From Squalus acanthias (taxonomy: Eukaryota): a stretch of 64,000 bases of DNA. Location of the stretch: positions 1 through 64,000 of the forward strand of contig JASTWF010000148.1 of the NCBI GenBank assembly GCA_030390025.1. The letters run 5' to 3'. A model generated the notes under the pieces. The model saw only the letters and a program-made list of their open reading frames with translations, did not search any database and had not been told where the DNA came from. The translations under genes were made by a program, and so were the position numbers. Positions 40,174 to 50,230 of this stretch are shown piece by piece; position 1 is the first letter of the stretch, and each line of letters begins with the position of its first letter.

Positions 40174-41397
40174 GGGCCAGAAATTCGGGTCGGAGGCTTT
40201 CCGCGGGTGCAAGCCTCCGACCTGCACTTACCTAGCACGCCTGTCGTTGTGCTGTGGGCCTAAGTGGGATTTCGATCCTGGGCCTCTTCCAGCTGCCGGT
40301 GTGCAGTGCTTGCGTATCCCAGGGGCGCAGTTCGTTCAAAGCGTCCCCTGGGATCACGTGGGCCACGGAGAGACAATCGGAGCAGGGAATCTCCATTCAT
40401 AGATTTGACAGGAAGACCTGTCAAATCTATGAATAGAGATCGGCCCCAAAACCTAACTAAAACTTCCAATAAAATTTTAAAAATCACAATTTTACAATAA
40501 CTATAAATTACATAAATTAACTATTTTAAACAAAAAATTTAATTTTTGAAAAAATTAATTACAGTTTTCAACGGGACTAAAAATAAACTTACCTTTCTTT
40601 AAAGTATTTAAAAAAGATAGACCTTTGGGAAAAATGTTAAAATTTTACTTAATTCCCCACTTACCTTGTTAAAAGCCGGCCTTGCGCCTGCTTTTTCAAC
40701 GCGCAGCTGCTAGGGACTTACCGTCATGGAGTAACCTGAAAAAAACCCGGAAGTTCCAGGTCTGCGCGCTGCCTCTCCGGTGCACGCGTTTGACCTCCGA
40801 ACCCCTTCCTTCAAGGGAACGGAAGTTCCTGTTTCCAGCGCATGCGCAGTGCATGCGCAAAACCGGCACTTCCGTTGTGTTTGCGGGTGAGGACTGCTTT
40901 TAACAAGGTAAGTGGGGAATTAAGTAAAATTTAAACATTTTTTCCACAGGTTTATCTTTTTTAAATACTTTAAAGAAAGGTAAGTTTATTTTTAGACCCG
41001 TTAAAAATTGTAATTAATTTTTTGAAAAATTTAAATTTTTGTTTAAAATAGTTAATTTATGTAATTTATAGTTATTTTAAAAATGTGATTTAAAAAAAAT
41101 ATTTGAAGTTTTAGTTAGGTTTTGGGGCCGATCTCTATTCATAGATTTGGCAGGTTTTCCTGTTAAATCTATGAATGGAGATTTCCTGCTCCGATTGGCA
41201 CTCCATGGTCCACGTGATCCCAGGGGAATGCCGTGAACTCACTCCGCCCCTGGGATACGCAAGCACTGCGCGCCGGCAGCTGGAGGAGGCCCAGGATCGG
41301 AATCCCACGCGGGCCCACAACACAAAGGCAGGCGCGGTCGGTAAATGCAGGTGGGGGCTTGCACCCGCGGGAAGCCTCCGACCCGAATTTCTGGCCC
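40174..41397. mobile_element. Foldback MITE with arms of about 500 bp (Harbinger-like)
   Basis: GGGCCAGAAATTCGGGTC ... GACCCGAATTTCTGGCCC; arms about 40174-40676 and 40896-41397; flanks AGT/AAT. Confidence 0.85.
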
Positions 41398-41688
41398 AAT
41401 ATGATGGATCATAGCAATTGCTGCAAAATTAATTAGCGTGTGACATTGAAGAAAACAAATGTCATATTTTCTGACACGGACTATAGAGGATCCTCAAGGA
41501 AGAATGACTGGAGTTCGGAACAGAGACAGATTGCTGAGACTGATTAACTTAACACAAGTTTTACGTTGAAAATTAAATTAGAGAACAAACTAATATTTTA
41601 AGGAAAAGAAATAAGAATATTTAATAATAATATGATATATTGGATTAATAAACGATCTGATTATATTTCCGCCTCTACATCCCGGTAG

Positions 41689-41813
41689 ATTCCTCAGACC
41701 AATTCTTGATTGAAGACTTTGAGGAAGAGAGCGGCAACTGGACAACCGCTTCCACATTCATCTTCCTGTTCTTCCTGAGCATGTCCTACAGCGCTGCCGT
41801 CACTCTAGTGAAG
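41689..41813 (+). CDS. IGHM: IgM transmembrane exon TM1
   Basis: DSSDQFLIEDFEEESGNWTTASTFIFLFFLSMSYSAAVTLVK, then GTGAGA donor; CART motif. Confidence 0.92.
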
Positions 41814-41952
41814 GTGAGAAGATTCAATCCACTCACACTTCGATCTGATTGAAGCGGTTTGACAAATCTCCAAAAGTTTCATTGATAAAACCCCTCAGAT
41901 AAATGCCCCAACCACTAAATCTCTGCTTCATTCTTTTATCCCTCTTTTACAG

Positions 41953-41961
41953 GTCAAGTGA
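41953..41961 (+). CDS. IGHM: IgM TM2 exon (VK-stop)
   Basis: TTTTACAG|GTC AAG TGA completes the KVK tail; AATAAA at 42023. Confidence 0.88.
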   Translation, partial: VK

Positions 41962-43920
41962 ACGGTTGAATTTCGGACGCCGTGGATTTTCCTCATCTGT
42001 TTATGAACATCTGTGTCCTGAAAATAAAATATGTCCTCTTGGTGATTCTCAGAGTCAAATGCCTTCAGTTAATAGATCCGAATCTATAGCTGAGAAAATC
42101 ATAACCGGGATTTCCGTCTCTGTGTTTGAAATGTGTGAGATCATCGTGGCTATAATATAAATGTATCTTAGAGTTTCACCGTTGTTTGAATATTTCATGT
42201 GTAAATAAGTCACTTTTCTCATACGTAATTCACAATTGTTCCCTTCCCTTTATGCTGAGCCCCTGTTTTCTCTCCCTGGTGTCTGTTACAGTTGTACAGA
42301 TAACTGGCAGCTCAGACCGCCTGTGTTCTGGTCTCAATGTGACTCTCTGTTGTTATATTCACTTTGTGTTAATTTTTGAAAAACTGCTCTGTAAATTGTT
42401 CTCTGTGAAATTGTTAATAAATCTGGAACGACAAATGGACTAACTTGGACTTTGCTGAATTCCTTTCTCCAAGGCTCCTCCACACCGCTCCATTTTCACT
42501 GTCACATTTTGTTTTATTTCCCTGATAGCTATTTTTCACCCGTCCTGTCTGGGTTGTGTTTGAACCCAGGTCCCTTCGGTTAAGGAGCCACTGCGCCACC
42601 CAGTGTCCCATCAGAGAAACGACACCTTTTCCTCTGCCTTTTCATGTCAAGCCCCAGAGGCGGAATGACTGCACAGCGACCAGGAGCACCTCGCAGTCCC
42701 CTCTAATATTATGGTCTGTAACAGTCACATGCCTGGTCCACTTACGAGCATGGCTCTGCTCCATTACGGCCTGATACAATAGAGCACGAGGCAGAGTAAA
42801 TCACCCTCTGCACTGTCCCATCAAACACTCCCAGGGCAGGTACAGCAGGGGTTAGATAGAGAGTAAAGCTCCCTCTACACTGACTCATCAAACACTCCCA
42901 GGGCAGGCACAGCACGGGTTAGATACAGAATAAATATTGCTCTGCATTGTCCCATCAAACAATGCCAGGGCAGGTACAGCAGGGTTTAGATACAGAGTAA
43001 AGCTCCCTCTACACTGTCCCATCAAACACTCCCAGGGCAGGTACAAAACGGGTTAGATACAGAGTAAAGCTCCCTAAACACTGTTCCATCCAACAATCCC
43101 AGGGCAGGTACAGCAGGATTTAGATACAGAGTAAAGCTCCCTCTACACTGTCCCATCAAACACTCCCAGGGCAGGTACAGCACGGGTTAGATACAGAGTA
43201 AAGCTCCCTCTACACTGTCCCATCAAACACTCCCAGGGCAGGTACAGCACGGGTGAGATACAGAGTAAATCCCCCTCTACACTGTCCCATCAAACACTCC
43301 CAGGGCAGGGACAGCACGGGTTAGATACAGAGTAAAGCTCCCTCTACACTGTCCCATCAAACACTCCCAGGGCAGGTACAGCACGGGTTAGATACACAGT
43401 AAAGCTCCCTCTACACTGTCCCATCAAAAATTCCCAGGACTAGGGGGCACATATTTAAGGTTTTGGGAAAGAGATATGGGGGTGGGGGGGCGGGGGATGT
43501 GAGGAAAATCTTTTTTAAGCAGCGAATGGTGAGGAACTGGAATTCGCTGCCGATGGAAGTGGTGGAAGTGGAGACACTGAATATTTACAGGGGGAGACTG
43601 GATAGGCACTTGAGGGAAATAAACTTGCAGGGCTACGGGGATACAGCGGGGGAATGGGCCTGACTGGATTATTCTGCAGAGAGTCGGCACTGACTCGATG
43701 GGCCTAATGGCCGCCTTCTGTGCCGTTATGACTCGATGACTCTATGACAGGTACAGAACGGGTTAGATACAGAATAAAACTCCCTCTACACTGTCCCATT
43801 AAACATTCCCAGGGCAGGTACAGCACGGGTTAGATACAGAGCAAAGATCCCTCTACACTGTCCCATTAAACATTGAGAGGTCGCACAACACCAGGTTATA
43901 GTCCAACAGTTTTATTTGAA

Positions 43921-43960
43921 ATCACAAGCTTTCGGAACTATCGCTCCTTCCTCAGGTGAA
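43921..43960 (-). ncRNA. Minimal hammerhead ribozyme
   Basis: TTCAC-CTGAGGA-A-GGAGC-GATA-GTTCC-GAAA-GCTT-GTGAT. Confidence 0.8.
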
Positions 43961-44241
43961 GTAAATTGGATACAGAATCGTCAGAGCATATATAGATGGA
44001 AAAAAAAGCATGTGTACTTTACAATTGCAGACCAATAAATTAAATCATCCTGACTATCTGCCGAGGTGTGATAAAGTTAATTAAGTCAGCCAGGAAGGTA
44101 CCACATCAAAATTTGACTTAATTAACTTTATCACACCTCGGCAGATAGTCAGGATGATTTAATTTATTGGTCTGCAATTGTAAAGTACACATGCTTTTTT
44201 TTCCATCTATATATGCTCTGACGATTCTGTATCCAATTTAC

Positions 44242-44281
44242 TTCACCTGAGGAAGGAGCGATAGTTCCGAAAGCTTGTGAT
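44242..44281 (+). ncRNA. Minimal hammerhead ribozyme
   Basis: Same motif on the + strand. Confidence 0.8.
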
Positions 44282-44826
44282 TTCAAATAAAACTGTTGGA
44301 CTATAACCTGGTGTTGTGCGACCTCTCAATTTTGTCCACCCCAGTCCAACACCGGCATCTCCGCATCATGACCATTAAACATTCCCAGGGCAGGTACAGC
44401 ACGGGTTAGATACAGAGTAAAGCTCCCTCTACACTGTTCCATCAAACACTCCCAGGGCAGGTACAGCACGGGTTAGATACAGAGTAATGCTCCCTCTACA
44501 CTGTTCCATCAAACACTCCCAGGGCAGGTACATCACGGGTTAGATACAGAGTAAAGCTCCCTCTGCACTGTCCCATCACACACTCCCAGGACAGAATCAG
44601 CACGGGTTAGATACAGAGTAAAGCTCCCTCTACACTGACTCTCCAAACACTCCCAGGACAGGTACAACATGGGTTAGATACAGAGTAAAGCTCCCTCTAC
44701 ACTGTCCCATCAAACACTCCCAGGACAGGTACAGCATGGGTTAGATACCGAATAAATCCTCCTCTACGCTGCCCCATCAAACACTCCCTGGACAGAATCA
44801 GCACGGGTTAGATATCTAACACATAC

Positions 44827-45418
44827 CTTTTGTTTTGCTCCATTCTCTTGTACCATCTCCCTGAACTCACTGAACATCACCCCAGGGATCCGCAGTGATC
44901 TTCAGACCTTTACTCCCTATTTCCCTGAACTTTCACTCCACGTCCTTCACCATCTCATCACATTGTTTCGGTGCCTCCCGGACACGGGAACATCTCCAGA
45001 AGTTTCTGGTCACACCCGACTATATTCCAGCATTTTCCTTCTGATGCGGCTCTGCTTTTCCTCTAAACTCATGCGCTCGATGGGTGAGCTCTCCTGTGGT
45101 CGAATAGCACATCTGTTTGAGGGAGGGAAAACATTAAACGGCTCGTCTGAAGGACTCGGAAGCAAGTTTCGGAATAGATGGAGTTAGTGCTTCAAATCTA
45201 TCTCTGCCCCAATCTCTCTCCCTCCCCTCTATGCTACATTTACCATTAGCCACTATCGCTGTGTTTCCCTGGCCCCAGGCTCGGGGACACAGGCGACACA
45301 AACTGAGGCTCTTTATCGCTGAGCGAAACCTGGAGACGGCCCATGACAATCCCCGCGCTATGACGTGCGCAATGTATTGTGGCCTTCATCCACTGCAAGG
45401 CAAAGCGGCGGCGGCCAT
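44827..45418 (-). pseudogene. Putative two-exon 5' fragment of an unidentified gene
   Basis: ATGGCCGCCGCC at 45418; donor G|GTAAAT after 45244; 131-nt intron; acceptor TTTTCCCTCCTCAAACAG; donor AG|GTATGT after 44827; internal stops. Confidence 0.4.
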
Positions 45419-45419
45419 G

Positions 45420-45640
45420 ATGGTGTGACGTGCAGTGTGCCGTGTTGTGTGACGTACAGTCGGTCATATTGTTATGACGTGTAGTCGGCCATGTTGATGT
45501 GACGTGCAGGCGGCCATGCTGGTGTGACGTGCAGGCGGCCATGTTTGTGTGACGTGCAGTCGGCCTTGTTTGTGTGACGTACAATCGGCAATGTTTGTTT
45601 GACATGCAGTCGGCCATGTTTTTGTGACGCGCAGTTGGCC
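45420..45640. repeat. Minisatellite of about 25 bp containing TGACGT; resumes at 47034-47120
   Basis: GTGTGACGTGCAGTCGGCCATGTTT units, split by a CR1. Confidence 0.8.
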
Positions 45641-47030
45641 ATAAGAACATAAGAACATAAGAAATACGACCAGGATTAGGCCAATTGGCCCCTCGAGCCT
45701 GCTCCGCCATTTAATACGATCATGGCTGATCTTCTACCTCAATTCCACTTTCCTGCACTATCCCCATATCCCTTGATTACATTTAGATCCAAAAAATCTA
45801 TCGATCTCTGTCTTGAATATAATCAACGACTGAGCCTCCACAGCCCTCTGGGGCAGAGAATTCCAAAGATTCACCACCCTCTGAGTGAAAAAATTTCTCC
45901 TGATCTCAGCCCTAAATGGCCGTCCCTTTATCTTGAGACTGTGACCCCTGGTTCTAGACTCCCCAGCCAGGGGAAACATCCTCCCTTCATCTACCCTGTC
46001 AAGCCTTGTTGTATGTTCCAATGAGATCACCTCTCATTCTTCTAAACTCTAGAGAGCAAAGACCTAGTCTACTCAATCTCTCCTCAACCCCGGAATCAGT
46101 CTGGTGAACCTTCGTTGCACTCCCTCTATGTCTTCCTTAGGTAAGGAGACCAAAACTGTACACAATACTCCAGGTGTGGTCGCACCAGGGCCCTATGTAA
46201 TTGCAGTACGACGTCTTTACTCTTATACTCAAATCCTTTTGTAATAAAGGCCAACATACCATTTGCTTTCCTAATTGCTCGCTGTACCTGCATGTTAATT
46301 TTCAGTGATTTGTGTACAAGGACACCCAGGTCCCTCTGAACACCAACATTTCCCAATCTCTCACCATTTAAAAACTACTCTGCTTTTCTATTTTTCCTAC
46401 CAAAGTGGAAAACTTAACATTTCGCCACATTATATTCAATTTCCCATGTTCTTACCCATTCACTTAGCCTGTGTATATCCCCTTGAAGCCTCTTTGCATC
46501 CTCCTCGCTACTTACATTCCCACCAAGCTTTGTACCATCAGCAAACTTGGATATATTACATTTGGTCCCCTCAACCAAATCATTGATATAGATTGTGAAT
46601 AGCTGAGGCCCAAGCACTGATCCTTGCGGTATCCCACTAGTTACAGCCTGCCAACCCGAAAATGACCCGTTTATTCCTGCACTCTGTTTTCTGTCCATTA
46701 ACGAATCCTCAATTCATGCTAGTATATTACCCCCAATCCCATGAGTCCTTTATTTGTTTAATAATCTCTTGTGTGGCACCTTATCGAATGCCTTCTGAAA
46801 ATCCAAATACACCACATTCACTGGCTCCCCCTTATCTATTCTCTTGTCTCAGCCTGCAAGGGACCCATATTTAGTTTCGCTAATCTTTTCCTTTACACTT
46901 ACCTATAGAAGCTTTTATAGTCTGTTTTTATGTCTCTCGCTAGTTTACTCTCACATTCTATTTTCCCTTTCTTTATTAATCCTCCTTTGCTTAATTCTAA
47001 AATCCTTCCAATCCTCAGGCTAACTTCTCT
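45641..47030 (-). mobile_element. CR1, truncated and internally deleted
   Basis: PQGSVLGP...FADG and LEYCVQFWSP; tail at 45641. Confidence 0.88.
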
Positions 47031-49428
47031 TTTTGGTGTGATGTGCAGTCGGCCATTTTGGTGTGACGTGCAGTCGGCCATGTTTGTGTGAGGTGCAGGC
47101 GGCCATGTTTGTGTGACGAAAGACGCTGCGCATGTCTGCCGTTTATGTAAATAATACAGCTCAATTGAAAGGAAGAGCGACTTTAGTTTCCATCATCATG
47201 AGGGGTCTAGACAGAGTAGATGGAGAGAAACTGTTCCAATTGATGGAAGAGCTGTTTCGTTTGGACGGGCTTCACTTGAACCATGCTGGGGCTAGAGTCC
47301 TGGCGAATCGAATAACTAGGGCTGTCGAGAGGGCTTTAAAGTAAATAGTGGGGGAAGGGTCCAGGTGAGCGGGAATTTAAAAGTCAATGAGAAATGAGAA
47401 AGCAATAGAGCAGGATAGAGATAGGGGAAATAATAACCAGAGTGTGACAGGAAGGGACAGAATGTTTAAAAATAAGAGTACAACAGAAAATGGGGCCAAA
47501 ACAAGGAGAAATGGTAAAAAGACTAAGTTAAAAGCTCTATATCTGAATGCATGCAGTATTCGTAACAAGATAGATGAGTTGACAGCACAAAAGGTACAAA
47601 TGGGTATGATCTGATCGCCGTTACAGAGACGTGGTTGCAAGGTGATCAGGGCTGGGAACTGAATATTCCAGGGTATTTGACAATTCGGAAGGATAGACAG
47701 AAAGGAAAGGGAGGTGGGGTGGCTTTGTTGGTAAAGGATGAGATCAGTGCAGTGTTGAGAAGTGATATTGGCTCAGAAGATGAAGATATAGAATCGGTTT
47801 GGGTGGAGATAAAACATCATAAAGTGGAAAGGTCGCTGGTGGGCGTAGTCTACAGGCCCCCGAACAATTGCAATACTGTTGGATACAGTATAAATCAACA
47901 AATAATAGAGGCCTGTAAAAAGGGTACGGTAATAATCATGGGTGATTTTAATCTCCATATTGATTAGACAAATCAAATTGGCCATGGTAGCCTTGAGGAG
48001 GAGTTCATAGAGTGCATCCGGGATGGTTTCCTAGAACAATATGTAATGGAACCAACCAGGGAGCAGGCTATCTTGGATCTGGTACTGTGTAATGAGACAG
48101 AATTAATAAATGATCTCATAGTAAAGGATCCTCTAGCATGGTTGAATTTCAAATTCAGTTGGAGGGTGAGAAAGTTGTATCTCAAACCAGTGTCCTGATC
48201 TTAAACAAAGGCAATTACAGTGGCATGAGGGCAGAACTGGCTAAAGCGGACAGGAAAAATAAATTAAAGGGTAAGACAGTTGAAATGCAGTGGCGGACAT
48301 TTAAGGAGATATTTTATAACTCTCAACAAAAATATATTCCAGTGAGAAAGAAAGATTTTAAGAGAAGGGAGCACCATCCGTGGCTAACTAAGGAAGTAAA
48401 GGATGGTATCAAATTGAAAACGAAGGCAGACAATTTTGCCAAGATTGGTGGGAAACCAGAGGATTGGAAATTTTTTTAAAACCAGCAAAGGATGACGAAA
48501 AAAATAATAAAGAGAGAGAAGATGAATTATGAGAGTAAACTGGCAAGAAATATTAAAATAGATAGTAAGTGCTTCAACAGGTATATAAAAAGGGACAGGG
48601 TCGCCAAAGTAAACGTTGGTCCCTTAGAAGATGAGACTGGGGAATCAATAATGGGGAACGGGGAAATGGCAGAGACTCTGAACAAATATTTTGTATCGAT
48701 CTTCACGGTAGAAGACACTGACAACATCCCAATAATGGATAATCAAGGGGCCACAGGGAGGGGGGAACTAAATACAATCACTATCACTAAGGAAATAGTA
48801 CTTGGTAAAATAATGGGACTAAGAGATGACAAGTCCCCTTCACCAGATGGCCTGCATCCCAGGGTCTTAAAAGAAGTGGCTGCAGCGATAGTGGATGCAT
48901 TGGTTGCAATACACGAAATTTCCCTGGACTCTGGAGAGGTCCCAGCGGATTGGAAAACCGCAAATGTAACACCACTATTTAAGAAAGGAGGGAGACAGAA
49001 AGCAGGAAACTATAGACCAGTTAGCCTAACATCTGTCGTTGGGAAAATGCTGGAGTCCTTCATTAAGGAAGCAGTAGCAGGGCATTTGGAAAATCATAAT
49101 GCAGTCAAGCAGAGTCAGCATGGTTATATGAAAGGAAAATCATGTTTAACAAACTTGCTGGAGTTCTTTGAGGAGGTAATGAGCAGGGTGGACAAAGGTG
49201 AACCAGTGGATGTGGTGTATTTGGATTTCCAGAAGGCATTCGATAAGGTGCCACATAAAAGGTTACTGCATAAGATAAGAGTTCACGGAATTGGGGGTAA
49301 TATCTTAGCATGGATAGAGAATTGGCTAACTAAAAGAATCTTGATGCGGAGATGCCGGCGTTGGACTGGGGTGGACAAAAATGAGAAGTCGCACAACACC
49401 AGGTTATAGTCCAACAGATTTATTTAAA

Positions 49429-49468
49429 ATTACAAGCTTTCGGAGCTGTCGCCCCTTCCTCAGGTAAG
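49429..49468 (-). ncRNA. Minimal hammerhead ribozyme
   Basis: CTTAC-CTGAGGA-A-GGGGC-GACA-GCTCC-GAAA-GCTT-GTAAT. Confidence 0.8.
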
Positions 49469-49489
49469 TTACAATGTAACTCACTGTAA

Positions 49490-49529
49490 CTTACCTGAGG
49501 AAGGGGCGACAGCTCCGAAAGCTTGTAAT
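49490..49529 (+). ncRNA. Minimal hammerhead ribozyme
   Basis: Same motif on the + strand. Confidence 0.8.
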
Positions 49530-50143
49530 TTTAAATAAATCTGTTGGACTATTACCTGATGTTGTGCGACTTCTCATTTTTAACTAAAAGAAAGCAGAGA
49601 GTCGGGATAAATGGGTCATTTACCGGTTGGCAAACGGTAACTAGTCGGGTGCCACAGGGATCGGTGCTGGGGCCTCCACTATTTACAATCTACATTAATG
49701 ACTTGGATGAAGGGACCGAGTGTAATGTAGCCAAGTTTGCGGATGATAGAAAGATAGGTGGGAAAGCAAGTTGTGCAGAGGACACAAAGAACCTGCAAAG
49801 GGATATAGACAGGCTAAGTGAGTGGGCAAACATTTGGCAGATGGAGTATAATGTGGGAAAGTGCGAGGTTATCCACTTTGGCAGGAAAAATTAAAAAGCA
49901 AATTATTATTTAAACGGAGAGAGATTACAAAATGCTGCAGTTCAGAGGGACCTGGGGGTCCTTGTGCATGAAACACAAAAAGTTAGCATGCAGGGACAGC
50001 AAGTAATCAAAAAGGCAAATGGAATGTTCGCCTTTATTTCAAAGGCGTTGGAGTATAAAAGCAGGGAAGTCCTGCTACAACTGTACAGGGTATTGGTGAG
50101 ACCACACCTTGAGTGCTGCGTACAGTTTTGGTCTCCATATTAA

Positions 50144-50230
50144 AGGGTGTCAGCTGTGGCTCAGTTGGTAGCACACTCGCCTCTGAGTCAGAAGGTTGTG
50201 GTTTCAAAGACCCACTCCAGGGACTTGAGC
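50144..50230 (+). mobile_element. tRNA-derived SINE head; body resumes at 53325-53500
   Basis: A-box TGGCTCAGTTGG; split at AGGGACTTGAGC. Confidence 0.75.

Larger units (their letters stand above)
43872..44371. mobile_element. Penelope pLTR inverted-repeat insertion
   Basis: 217-bp arms 43872-44088 and 44114-44330 plus a tail of about 40 nt; TSD CCATTAAACATT at 43863 and 44372. Confidence 0.85.
42780..44820 (-). repeat. 67-bp minisatellite interrupted by a CR1 fragment (43430-43747) and a Penelope insert
   Basis: Reverse complement of the 19.6-kb unit. Confidence 0.9.
49339..49580. mobile_element. Short Penelope pLTR inverted-repeat insertion inside the CR1 RT
   Basis: Arms about 49377-49473 and 49485-49580; TSD TAACTAAAAGAA at 49327 and 49581. 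Confidence 0.85.
47195..50143 (+). mobile_element. CR1 LINE (ORF1 end plus disrupted ORF2), same subfamily as 6175-9808
   Basis: MRNEKAIEQDRDRGNNNQSVTGRDRMFKNK closely matches ORF 8764-9225; RT motifs present. Confidence 0.92.

Noticed and set aside
29644-40402. Dozens of Pro/Gly/Trp-rich ORFs
   Set aside because: They are translations of the 52/53-bp satellite in shifting frames.
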